64,000 bases of DNA from a bacterium. Its GTDB lineage: Bacteria; Patescibacteriota; Saccharimonadia; CAILAD01; GCA-016700035. The notes below the pieces were generated by a model. It made no database searches and was not told where the DNA came from. It was given only the letters and a program-made list of their open reading frames with translations. Of the stretch, positions 20,234 to 29,140 are shown one piece after another. The DNA lies in assembly GCA_016700035.1 (NCBI GenBank), contig CP064998.1, positions 334,790 through 398,789 of the forward strand, given 5' to 3'. The position numbers and the translations under genes were made by a program. Each line of letters opens with the position of its first letter. Position 1 is the first letter of the stretch.

Positions 20234-22323
20234 ACGATGCCAGTGCGATTTTTATAGCGTGGCTTGCGTAGTTCATAGCGCACCATGGATCCAAATATCA
20301 TGAGCATAACAGCTATATTGGTTATCGGTGCTGTAATTTGTATCAAAACATCTTGCTTGGTTTCTAGCGCAATTAAAAATCGTGTTAGCATTGCCGTAGC
20401 AAGAGCAATAATGATTGGAATAAGGTGAACTTGAGTTTCTTTAATTACACTATAGATAAGAATTATGGCTGGAGCTGAGAATACCAATAGTCCACTTAAT
20501 ACTAGAAAGATTGTTAGCGGGAAATGAAAGCGTAGGGCTGGATAGAAGCGTTGTAAATTATCTTCAACAATACCGCGCCAACCGAGATGATTCTGGCTGG
20601 TAGCAAGATCACTGGCTCGGAATAACCGAGCTTGGAGCCCTTTGGCTTTAGCGCGATGGAAGAGCTCCTGGTCTTCAAGTGGGCTAGCTTTTACGTCTGC
20701 AAAGCCATTGAGGCGGCGGATTTTCGCACTATCAAATGCAATGATAGCACCATGGGTTGTTGAGCGCTCAGGGGCATACTCTTGGAGAAAACCACTCGGG
20801 AAAGCGGCTAGCATTAGGTATTGGTTGTGGCTTAAGATTGCTTTTTGGGCGAGTGATTTATTTTGATCGGCCGATAGTAGTGATAAAACATCTAGCTTTT
20901 CTTGTTCCAGTAAGGTGGCAATTTGAGCAAGCGTATTAGGCAGTAGTATCGTATCGGCTGAGATTAGTACAGCATATTCACCAGTTGCGTGTCTTAAGAG
21001 TTGGTCAGCGGCCCAAGCGTTAACTCCCCAGCCTGGCTTGATTGGATCGATCGCTACGATGCGTAGGTGCTTATCGGTAAAATTTTCAGCAATCTTTTTG
21101 GTATTATCATCGCTACCGAGGTCGGTGAAAAGAACTTCAAAGTCAGGATAGTTTTGACCAATTGCAGCGAGTAGGGTGGACGAAATATTTTCTGCTTGGT
21201 TGTAGGCATGGGTCATAATGGTGAGCCTTGGCCATTCGTCAAGGCGTTGAGTTTTGGGACGGCGAAATACTGCAAAATTATGAGCTATTAATAGTATCTG
21301 CCCAATTGAAAATAATGTACAAAAAGTGAGGATATAGTCAATTTTTGAGGGGCCTAAACTTAGAGGATCGGCAATGAATAAGGTAAGGAAGATGAGCCAA
21401 ACCGCAACGACATAATTGAGCCAAAGGAAATTTGTCCAAGCTCGGCGAAACTGCTTGGCTTGAGCGTCTGAAGTATATTTGAGAAACATGGCAGCATTAA
21501 GCGCATAGGCTCCGGCTAGCAAGCCAGCTAGTAGTGATGATGGCCAAAAGATCAGGCTGGTGATTATGGCACTTGCAACATATAACCAAAAGACAAATCG
21601 AATAGTCTTGCGAGTCCCCCATTGAGTGGCGATAGTTTTAGTTTTTGCAATTCTGTCTGATGTGATATCTTGGATTGCGCCCATGGCATGAGAGGCTACT
21701 CCCCATAAAAATAAGGCAATAGTCGGTGGCCATAAAATACTGGCTTGAGGGCTGACTAAAAAGCCAAAAACTGCTGGTAATACAAAATGACAGGAGGCAG
21801 TTATTGAGTCGAGTAAAGGAATGGCTTTAAAGCGCAGGCCTTTAATTGAGTAAGCTACTGCCAGTAGGACTGCCAGAGCTAAGCTAAGTTTGCTATTGTC
21901 GGGAATGAGTGAACCCAGCCAGAGCAGACTGACAATATTTGTAGTTAAGATAGACGCCCATAACAGGCTACGTGATGATGGGGCTAATAGGGAGTTATTG
22001 CGGGTTTTCTTGCGTGGGTTTTTTAGGTCGGCCTGATAGTCATAAATATCATTTAGGCCATATAGTAGCAGATTGTATGGTAGTAGGAAGTATGTCACCC
22101 CAGCCCAAAATATCTGGTCTAGCTGTCCACCGGATAGAAGATAGGCCATAGCAAATGGAATAGCTGAATTTATCCATCTGACCGGCCTGGATATAGCTAT
22201 GATCTGGCTAACTCTTTGTAGCTTTGGGTTGGCTATAATTTTATGAATAATGTTCTTCAATCTGTTCATGCTAAAAAATAAAATAACTCCACTAAACTGT
22301 CGTACATATAATACTAACACCAT
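20230..22323 (-). CDS. Fusion protein: N-terminal UbiA-family polyprenyl transferase + central GT2 glycosyltransferase + C-terminal TM segment
   Basis: 697 aa; N-terminus has NDIYDYQAD (NDxxDxxxD) and DITSD second Asp-rich motif in about 9 TM; residues about 370-600 have GT2 DxD region (LFTDLGSDDNT...ISADT). Confidence 0.7.
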   Translation of the reverse strand: MVLVLYVRQFSGVILFFSMNRLKNIIHKIIANPKLQRVSQIIAISRPVRWINSAIPFAMAYLLSGGQLDQIFWAGVTYFLLPYNLLLYGLNDIYDYQADLKNPRKKTRNNSLLAPSSRSLLWASILTTNIVSLLWLGSLIPDNSKLSLALAVLLAVAYSIKGLRFKAIPLLDSITASCHFVLPAVFGFLVSPQASILWPPTIALFLWGVASHAMGAIQDITSDRIAKTKTIATQWGTRKTIRFVFWLYVASAIITSLIFWPSSLLAGLLAGAYALNAAMFLKYTSDAQAKQFRRAWTNFLWLNYVVAVWLIFLTLFIADPLSLGPSKIDYILTFCTLFSIGQILLIAHNFAVFRRPKTQRLDEWPRLTIMTHAYNQAENISSTLLAAIGQNYPDFEVLFTDLGSDDNTKKIAENFTDKHLRIVAIDPIKPGWGVNAWAADQLLRHATGEYAVLISADTILLPNTLAQIATLLEQEKLDVLSLLSADQNKSLAQKAILSHNQYLMLAAFPSGFLQEYAPERSTTHGAIIAFDSAKIRRLNGFADVKASPLEDQELFHRAKAKGLQARLFRASDLATSQNHLGWRGIVEDNLQRFYPALRFHFPLTIFLVLSGLLVFSAPAIILIYSVIKETQVHLIPIIIALATAMLTRFLIALETKQDVLIQITAPITNIAVMLMIFGSMVRYELRKPRYKNRTGIV

Positions 22324-22530
22324 AGTTGGATAAAAATAATGCCAGTGGTGAGCGGTTATTTATAGGCTATTTTGTTTGGTCGGCTAGATACTAAAATTAT
22401 TCAGTCACGTGAAGAGTTGTCCTGGTGAGATAAATTGTCTTGAACTTAATAGGCGGTGAAGGCATAATATTGGACTAAGCTATGCGGACTATCATCCTAT
22501 CTGGTAAGCTTATTTATAATGGAGTTATAG

Positions 22531-23619
22531 ATGGTAAAGTTAGAAAAATCTCCTGAACTGGTAAATACAATTGCTGAGGTGAAGGCCTTGACTGATCGTG
22601 AGCTAGCAATCTTTTTTGATTTACGAGCCTCTGAAGCAGGTAAATTTGATGCTCAGTACAAGCGCCTATTACAAGAGATGAAGAAATTTTCACTGCGCGG
22701 AGGCAAGCGCCTCCGTCCTTTTATGGCTTATTTAGGATACAAATTGGGTGGTGGTAGAAATGATGAAGCTTTTGCCCGCCTAGCCTTAGCTTGGGAGGTC
22801 TATCATTTAGGGGCTTTAATTCATGACGATATTATGGATCAGGACTATCAGCGTTATGGTGGGTTAAATATCGCTGGAGTTTATGAGAGGCAGCTTAGGC
22901 GTAAATTTCCAGAAGAGGTGACCCATAAGCATGCCTTAAATGCTGCCCTAATGGCTGGTGATGCGGCATTTTTACTAGCGGTGGAGCTGATTACGACAAT
23001 TCCAACCGAGCCAGAGATACGTGAAAGACTACTAGCAGATTTTTTAAAGATGCATTTTCGATTAGTTGGCGGTCAGTTTGTGGAGGATTTTGCAACGCTC
23101 TCATCAAGACAAACTCCTCAGCAGATACGACGTATTTATGTTAATAAATCTGGTCATTACTCTATGGTGGCACCTTTGCGATCGGGCGCAGTACTGGCTG
23201 GTGCAAATGATACAATTTTATCAATATTGGAGCGTTATGGTTTGCATGCCGGGGTAGCTTTTCAAATAGCCGATGACTTACTTGGTATGTTTGGCTCAGC
23301 CAAAGAAATTGGTAAACCAACTATTTCAGATCTACGTGAAGGTAAGCGAACGCTTTTAATGCATTATGGTTTACAGTTTGCTAACGATGCAGATCGAGCA
23401 ATCATTAAATCCAAGTTAGGAAATAAAAATATCAATACCCAAGACTTAAAACAAGTTCGTAAAATTCTAACCGATAATGGAGCTAAGGCAAAAACAATTT
23501 TTACAGCTCAGGCTGAGGCCGATACAGCCAAAAAGGCGATTTCTAAACTAGCTCTTCCGGGTGAACTACCACAATTATTTATGGATTTGGCGGAGTATAT
23601 TGTTAACAGAACCAAGTAG
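22531..23619 (+). CDS. Polyprenyl (isoprenyl) diphosphate synthase
   Basis: First DDxxD motif LIHDDIMDQD and second FQIADDLLG; trans-IPPS fold. Confidence 0.85.
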   Translation: MVKLEKSPELVNTIAEVKALTDRELAIFFDLRASEAGKFDAQYKRLLQEMKKFSLRGGKRLRPFMAYLGYKLGGGRNDEAFARLALAWEVYHLGALIHDDIMDQDYQRYGGLNIAGVYERQLRRKFPEEVTHKHALNAALMAGDAAFLLAVELITTIPTEPEIRERLLADFLKMHFRLVGGQFVEDFATLSSRQTPQQIRRIYVNKSGHYSMVAPLRSGAVLAGANDTILSILERYGLHAGVAFQIADDLLGMFGSAKEIGKPTISDLREGKRTLLMHYGLQFANDADRAIIKSKLGNKNINTQDLKQVRKILTDNGAKAKTIFTAQAEADTAKKAISKLALPGELPQLFMDLAEYIVNRTK

Positions 23620-23746
23620 TCATTGGATATCTGAAAAGCAATATTATTACTCGAACTGATGAAGCAAAAGCAGTATAATAGAGGGTAGGTATGCTATTTT
23701 TTAAATTAAAGTTGGTGTTTAGCGGATATTTTAGACAGTAATTTTT

Positions 23747-25153
23747 ATGGTGAAGCAATTATCAAATAACCCTCCATCCCCACGCGCTAAACGTATGGTA
23801 ACGGTTGATGGCATACGTTATTCCTTAAGTACGGGGGATAAGCTGGGCCCGGCTGTCGCTCGTCGAGTTGAGGCAGTGCCAAAAGCTCAATCGGCTAAGC
23901 GTAGGGCTGTGCGGGTTGGTGAGAAGCCGCTACCTAAGGCAATCCAGTTCACAGCTCATCATCAGGCGGTGATGCATCCAGAGCCACAAATTGGGGCAAT
24001 TCAAGCGTTGAAGTCACAGCAGGTAGTTCATATGGAAAAAGACCAATCCACGGGGATGCCCCAGCAATCTTTATGGTCGGGAGTGGTTGTGCCATCATTG
24101 CTAGCGGGACGAACAAAAAAGAGTATTTTAGCCAGTCTTGGTATTGTTGTTTTATCGCCGATGACATGGCTCTATATATTCTTGCCCGCACTTATTATGT
24201 TAGTTGCTGAGATCCAGAAAAAACCTCTGGGCGAGCTGTATGCTCAAGCTGTTGGCTTCTTGCAACACACTAATCCGACGCACATTCTATGGTTTCTAAC
24301 TGGAGTTGCTTCAGTTATGGGGATTATTTGGTTTGTGCGTCATCTCTGCTTGATTGTTGCCTATGGCTTGACTGCCCGCAAGATTGATCATCGCAATACT
24401 AATGTGCGTCATCTTTGGCTTCAGGCTGCTGGTAAAATTTGGCGATTTGCTGGGGTGGCTGCTTTTGATATGTTATTTGCCACTGCTTTGACGGTAATCA
24501 TGGCTAGTGCAGTTTGGTACATACATCTTGCAAAGACCGATACTTTGCGAACTAGCTGGAGCCTGATGTTGAATGTATTGATTGTCATGAGTTGGATGTT
24601 GGTCTGGCTAGTAACAGCTCATCGTCCAATTACTCGAGTTATGTTGTCGCTGACAAACCGTCCGGCCAGCTTTATAATCGTGCGTTCATTTGGTCTGATT
24701 TTTCGCAATTGGCTCCCAGCTTTGGGTATCGGCTTTTTTTGGCTCTTGATGACTGCGGTAACTGTGGGATTGGTGGCTGGCATTAGTTGGGCCACTGTGG
24801 TTTATGGATTGTTGCAGATTACCACGACGACTGGGCGAGTGCTGTTGTTTATTTTTGCATCTAGTTTGGTGCTTTTTGTGTTATCGCTATTTACAATTTG
24901 GTCGGTTGGTTATTGGCCTCGAGCTTATCAGTGGTTGATTCGTCGAGCTTATCCAAAGCAGATTTCACAGATGATGAGCGATGTTGCGCACCAGAAGTCG
25001 CGTCGCAGAATAATTGTAGAGGTAGGTCTTTTATTGGTTGTTTATGTATTGTTGCTGGTTGGTAGTATTGCTCTAGTTTGGCCAGGCTTTAATACTGCGT
25101 ATCAAGATTTGGTGCAAGATATACCAACATCGATGCAAGAGCTACTACAATGA
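23747..25153 (+). CDS. Hypothetical polytopic membrane protein
   Basis: 468 aa; basic N-terminus then about 8 hydrophobic helices. Confidence 0.5.
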   Translation: MVKQLSNNPPSPRAKRMVTVDGIRYSLSTGDKLGPAVARRVEAVPKAQSAKRRAVRVGEKPLPKAIQFTAHHQAVMHPEPQIGAIQALKSQQVVHMEKDQSTGMPQQSLWSGVVVPSLLAGRTKKSILASLGIVVLSPMTWLYIFLPALIMLVAEIQKKPLGELYAQAVGFLQHTNPTHILWFLTGVASVMGIIWFVRHLCLIVAYGLTARKIDHRNTNVRHLWLQAAGKIWRFAGVAAFDMLFATALTVIMASAVWYIHLAKTDTLRTSWSLMLNVLIVMSWMLVWLVTAHRPITRVMLSLTNRPASFIIVRSFGLIFRNWLPALGIGFFWLLMTAVTVGLVAGISWATVVYGLLQITTTTGRVLLFIFASSLVLFVLSLFTIWSVGYWPRAYQWLIRRAYPKQISQMMSDVAHQKSRRRIIVEVGLLLVVYVLLLVGSIALVWPGFNTAYQDLVQDIPTSMQELLQ

Positions 25154-25179
25154 TGACTGGTAAGTACGTGGTGATGGGA

Positions 25180-25208
25180 TTGACTTATTTTGATAAAATA
25201 GGTAGAGT
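25180..25208 (+). promoter_or_regulatory. Putative sigma70-type promoter for secE-nusG-rplKA operon
   Basis: TTGACT - 17 nt - TAGAGT located 60 nt upstream of secE ATG. Confidence 0.4.
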
Positions 25209-25268
25209 ATTAAGGCAAAGCCTCGGCGGCTTTTTTAAGTTGCAGGCAAGTCTTTAAAAACTGATTAT

Positions 25269-25454
25269 ATGAAGAAGATTACTCGCTATATTAAGAGTTC
25301 CATGGATGAGCTGAAGCGTGTTATATGGCCAACACGCAAGCAAGCAACTGTTCTTACGGTTGTGGTCCTTGGGTTTACGGCAGCGGTGGCTCTCTATTTA
25401 GCAGTTTTTGACTATATCTTTCGGCTCGGGCTTGAGCGTCTTATCACTCGTTAA
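25269..25454 (+). CDS. secE: Preprotein translocase subunit SecE
   Basis: 61 aa, single C-terminal TM, ELKKVxWPTRKE-type motif (ELKRVIWPTRKQ). Confidence 0.85.
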   Translation: MKKITRYIKSSMDELKRVIWPTRKQATVLTVVVLGFTAAVALYLAVFDYIFRLGLERLITR

Positions 25455-25474
25455 AGTAAGGAATAATTTATCGT

Positions 25475-26014
25475 ATGAAGAATACACCCCCAGGATCACA
25501 TTGGTATGTAATTCACACCTACTCTGGGTATGAAGATCAGGTTGCACAAAATCTTAAGCATCGCATTGATACATTGGGCTTAAAAGATAAGGTATTTGAC
25601 GTAATTGTGCCCAAGGAAAATCAAATTGAAATTAAGAATGGTAAGCGTCGAATTGTAGAGCGCAAGATTTTTCCTGGCTATATATTAGTTAATATGCTGG
25701 TAACGGAAGACTCTTGGTACATTGTGCGCAATACGCCAAACGTAACTGGCTTTGTTGGTACTGGCACTACGCCAAGCCCAATGAGTGAGGATGAAATTAA
25801 GGTGATTCAAAAGCGTATGGGAGTTGAAGAGCCAAAATTTAATATCGATTATTCGGTTGGTGAGCTGGTGAATATTACCGATGGTCCGTTTAAGGGGTTT
25901 GATGGGCAGATTGCTGAAATTGATGAGTCAAAAGGGAAAATTAAAGTATTGGTTTCGATGTTTGGTCGAGAGACACCAGTTGAATTGGATAGTTTGCAGG
26001 TAAGGCGCGTATAA
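25475..26014 (+). CDS. nusG: Transcription termination/antitermination factor NusG
   Basis: NGN domain (WYVIHTYSGYE) and C-terminal KOW (GELVNITDGPFKGFDGQI). Confidence 0.9.
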   Translation: MKNTPPGSHWYVIHTYSGYEDQVAQNLKHRIDTLGLKDKVFDVIVPKENQIEIKNGKRRIVERKIFPGYILVNMLVTEDSWYIVRNTPNVTGFVGTGTTPSPMSEDEIKVIQKRMGVEEPKFNIDYSVGELVNITDGPFKGFDGQIAEIDESKGKIKVLVSMFGRETPVELDSLQVRRV

Positions 26015-26020
26015 ATAATC

Positions 26021-26067
26021 TGTGGGAGGCTCACATGTTGTGAAGCTGTTTGCACCACATAAAGGAG
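26021..26067 (+). promoter_or_regulatory. Ribosomal-protein leader element, copy 1 (putative L1-binding mRNA site upstream of rplK)
   Basis: TGTGGGAGGCTCACA...AAGCTGTTTGCACCACA motif, near-identical to copy at 26516..26557 with compensatory changes in internal stem. Confidence 0.5.
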
Positions 26068-26074
26068 TAGAATA

Positions 26075-26509
26075 ATGGCAGAAAAGAAGAAAATTACAGC
26101 AAGTTTAAAGATGGTTATTCCGGCAGGTGGCGCATCACCAGCTCCACCAGTTGGTTCATCACTTGGTCAGCATGGCGTGAACATGATGGACTTTATTAAC
26201 GCCTTCAATGAAAAAACTAAAGATATGAAGGGCGCGCAGTGTCCAACTAAGATTTATATCTATGAAGATAAGAGCTTTGATTTTGTTGTGAAAGGTACAC
26301 CAGCTAAGGTTCTTATTAAGCAGGCACTTGGCTTGCAAAAGGCTAGTGGAGTGCCAAATAAAGAGAAGGTTGGTAAGCTTACGCAAGCTCAGTTGACTGA
26401 AATTGCTGAGAAAAAGATTGATGATTTAAATGCCAATGACATTGAAGCCGCTAAAAAAGTGATTGCTGGTACGGCTCGTTCGATGGGTGTTGAGGTTGAG
26501 GCAGAATAA
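26075..26509 (+). CDS. rplK: 50S ribosomal protein L11
   Basis: MVIPAGGASPAPPVGSSLGQHGVN N-terminal domain and C-terminal domain typical of L11. Confidence 0.95.
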   Translation: MAEKKKITASLKMVIPAGGASPAPPVGSSLGQHGVNMMDFINAFNEKTKDMKGAQCPTKIYIYEDKSFDFVVKGTPAKVLIKQALGLQKASGVPNKEKVGKLTQAQLTEIAEKKIDDLNANDIEAAKKVIAGTARSMGVEVEAE

Positions 26510-26515
26510 TTTAAC

Positions 26516-26557
26516 CGTGGGAGGCTTACAGGGCTAAGCTGATTGCACCACAAGGAG
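26516..26557 (+). promoter_or_regulatory. Ribosomal-protein leader element, copy 2 (putative L1-binding site immediately upstream of rplA RBS)
   Basis: CGTGGGAGGCTTACAgggctAAGCTGATTGCACCACAAGGAG; outer GTGG/CCAC and inner GCTTA/TAAGC helices. Confidence 0.5.
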
Positions 26558-26563
26558 AATATT

Positions 26564-27511
26564 ATGGTAAAGAAACAAGAAGAAACTTCTGAGATTACTC
26601 CAGAAGAACAAGTGATTACCGAGGAAGTAGTTGAAGAAAATATTAAAGGCGATACTCTTGCAAAAGAACCTACAAAAAAGAGTACTACTAAGGCCGGTAA
26701 GCGTAGCGCAAAAGCTGTTAAAGAAGCAGAGGCTGAAGCTGAAAAGAAAGCTCGTAAGGTTGAAAATTCAGCTAAAGAAGATACTCCAAAGCCTAAGCAA
26801 AAGCCTCGTGTCAAGAAATATTCTAAAAAGCAGAAGGCTATGCGTGAGGAAATTGATTTTACTAAGCTTTATACCACTGAAGAAGCAGTGACATTAGTTA
26901 AGAAAATCAATCAGGCAAAATTTGACCCAACTTTTGAGGTACATGTGCGTTTGGGTATTGATCCACGTCAGGCCGATCAGATGCTACGAGCCTCTACTGT
27001 GTTGCCGGCTGGAACTGGTAAATCAGTCCGTATTGCGGTACTAACAAGTGACGAGAAGAAGGCTAAGGCAGCTAAAGAAGCTGGCGCCGACTTAACCAAT
27101 TCTGAAGATTTACTCACAGCCATTAGTAAGGGTAGCTTTGAGTTTGATGTATTGGTGGCTACTCCAGATATGATGCCTCAGCTCGGTCGGCACGCCAAGA
27201 CACTTGGGCCAAAGGGCCTGATGCCATCACCAAAGAGTGGTACAGTCTCGGCCGATCCAGCGACAGCCGTTGGTGAGATTAAAAAAGGTCGCTTGGAAAT
27301 TAAGAATGATGCCAATGGTATAGTTCATGCTGCGGTTGGTAAGCTTTCATTTAAGGATGAGGATCTGTTGGTAAACCTTAAAGCGGTTTTGAATTGCGTA
27401 CAGACTAATCGTCCTAGTGGTGTGAAGGGTACATACGTAAAAAGTATCTCTGTTTCAGCTACGATGACTCCCGGTATTAAGCTAGATCCAGCTGAGCTAG
27501 CTAAAAAATAG
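26564..27511 (+). CDS. rplA: 50S ribosomal protein L1 with about 90-aa Lys/Glu-rich N-terminal extension (start at ATG after AAGGAG; track ORF begins 26543)
   Basis: Core L1 sequence (VLVATPDMMPQLGRHAKTLGPKGLMPSPKSGTV) preceded by low-complexity K/E/A-rich region. Confidence 0.9.
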   Translation: MVKKQEETSEITPEEQVITEEVVEENIKGDTLAKEPTKKSTTKAGKRSAKAVKEAEAEAEKKARKVENSAKEDTPKPKQKPRVKKYSKKQKAMREEIDFTKLYTTEEAVTLVKKINQAKFDPTFEVHVRLGIDPRQADQMLRASTVLPAGTGKSVRIAVLTSDEKKAKAAKEAGADLTNSEDLLTAISKGSFEFDVLVATPDMMPQLGRHAKTLGPKGLMPSPKSGTVSADPATAVGEIKKGRLEIKNDANGIVHAAVGKLSFKDEDLLVNLKAVLNCVQTNRPSGVKGTYVKSISVSATMTPGIKLDPAELAKK

Positions 27512-27535
27512 TACTTTTATAGGATAGGAGCTTAG

Positions 27536-27568
27536 AAAAACACCCTCTAGTTTAGTGGGTGTTTTTCT
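27536..27568 (+). terminator. Rho-independent terminator after rplA
   Basis: AAAAACACCC-tctagtttagt-GGGTGTTTTT. Confidence 0.6.
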
Positions 27569-27641
27569 TATGCTTGGTAGAGTGTGAGCCAAACCGCTAC
27601 ACTAGATAGGTATTTGTACCTACTAGTGTAAGGAAAGGTAG

Positions 27642-28274
27642 ATGGCTGGATTCCATCTTGAGCAATTCGAAGGCGATCCAACTGGCCGGATCATCCCAGA
27701 CCTTGAGCGCCTCTCAGAAATCGTCAGTGGCCTGCGAGCACTGAATCAGCAGATTGTGCTAACTCAAGGCACATTTGATTTGCTGCATATCGGCCACGTT
27801 CTCTATCTTGCTGAAGCCAAGCGATTGGGTGACGTTTTGATAGTTGGACTCGATAGCGATGAGAAAGTTAGGGCTCGTAAGGGTGAGGGGCGACCAATCG
27901 TTCCCGAGGATGAGCGCACTGCCATGCTGTGCTACCAGAGGCCGGTAGACTTGGTAATTGTTAAGCAGCAGAACTTTCAGCATTGGGAGCTAATCCGGCG
28001 GATTCAACCCGATGTGCTGTTGGCTACCGAAGAAACCTATACCGACCAGGAACTTATCGAGCTGAGGCAACTGTGCAGCAGGGTGGTGGTGCTCGAACCG
28101 CGCTCCAGTACCTCGACCAGCGCCAAGATTCGACGGGCCCAAATCGGTATGAAGGATCGGCTTAGTTCGGCCCTTGCGGATGCGCTTCAGTCGGTCGCAC
28201 CAGATATCGTTACCGACGTGATGAATCAGGTGCTAGGGATTACAGATGGGGTGCATGATGGCGAATCAAAGTAA
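27642..28274 (+). CDS. Cytidylyl/adenylyl-transferase-family protein (HxGH nucleotidyltransferase; RfaE domain II/TagD-like)
   Basis: TQGTFDLLHIGHVLYL (HIGH motif) Rossmann-like nucleotidyltransferase; gene is visibly GC-rich. Confidence 0.65.
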   Translation: MAGFHLEQFEGDPTGRIIPDLERLSEIVSGLRALNQQIVLTQGTFDLLHIGHVLYLAEAKRLGDVLIVGLDSDEKVRARKGEGRPIVPEDERTAMLCYQRPVDLVIVKQQNFQHWELIRRIQPDVLLATEETYTDQELIELRQLCSRVVVLEPRSSTSTSAKIRRAQIGMKDRLSSALADALQSVAPDIVTDVMNQVLGITDGVHDGESK

Positions 28275-29103
28275 GAAGCCATACGGTGTGTACCTCTACG
28301 CGCCGGTTATCCATGAAGGGATACGGCGCTGGCTATTAAGGCACGGTGATGCACGATTTATTGCCTTGGTGGGCCCCGAGACACTGGGGCAGTTTCGACC
28401 AATCGTCAAAGATATTCGTCGATTGCCGATTGATGATGTGGTAGTAGCGCTTCGAGCCCTGCATCTTCATGGTAAGATATGTGTTTTGGAGTTTGATGAG
28501 CTTACCACACTCGATGGTGAAGTTGGTTCATTGGTTATGCCCAAGGATGAGTTGTTGGTATCGGTTATAGAGTATCTTCCGCCATCGGTGACACCAGTTT
28601 TTGAGTCGGCTTTCCTGCGCTGGAATAATGGCAATGTTGAGCTGGCTGAACCAGAGCCGACTCAAGGTCACTCGACTGTCAGTATGCAGAGTATTTGGCA
28701 GGATTTGGACGAAATTACGTCCTGGAGTCCAGATTTTTGGCGCCAAGTCGCTTCGGCTCTCGTGATTGACGGGGAAGTTGTGATTGCCTCTTACAATCGA
28801 CCGCTACCGAATATTGAGGCCGTGATGATGAGGGGGGATCCGAGAGGTTTGTTTAAGAAGGGCGTCAATATTGAGGTCTCATCATACTTACACGCTGAAG
28901 CTGGGGTGATTGCCGAAGCCGCCCGACAAGGGGTTGCCACAGCTGGTGCAGATCTCTATGTTACTACCTTTCCGTGTCCGGGTTGTGCTAAGTTGCTGGC
29001 TTCGGCTGGCATTGCTCGACTTTTCTATCAAGAAGGCTACTCCGTTTTGGACGGAGAAGATGTCTTAGCCGGTGCTGGAGTGGAGATAATCCATGTTCAG
29101 TAA
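28246..29103 (+). CDS. dCMP (CMP/dCMP-type) deaminase with about 170-aa N-terminal domain of unknown function
   Basis: C-terminal HAEAGVIAEAA...PCPGCAKLL zinc-binding deaminase signature; 29-nt overlap with upstream gene; GC-rich. Confidence 0.75.
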   Translation: MGCMMANQSKKPYGVYLYAPVIHEGIRRWLLRHGDARFIALVGPETLGQFRPIVKDIRRLPIDDVVVALRALHLHGKICVLEFDELTTLDGEVGSLVMPKDELLVSVIEYLPPSVTPVFESAFLRWNNGNVELAEPEPTQGHSTVSMQSIWQDLDEITSWSPDFWRQVASALVIDGEVVIASYNRPLPNIEAVMMRGDPRGLFKKGVNIEVSSYLHAEAGVIAEAARQGVATAGADLYVTTFPCPGCAKLLASAGIARLFYQEGYSVLDGEDVLAGAGVEIIHVQ

Positions 29104-29140
29104 AAAATCCCCCTGTAAACAAGCAGGGGGTGTTCTATTT
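29102..29140. terminator. Bidirectional terminator between convergent dCMP deaminase and DHFR-HIT genes
   Basis: AAAAAA-CCCCCTG-taaacaag-CAGGGGG; strong T-run on minus-strand reading. Confidence 0.65.

Noticed and set aside
25209-25240. Possible attenuator hairpin (AAAGCCtcggcGGCTTTTTT) in secE leader
   Set aside because: Stem is only 3-5 bp with an irregular loop; too weak to call a terminator/attenuator.
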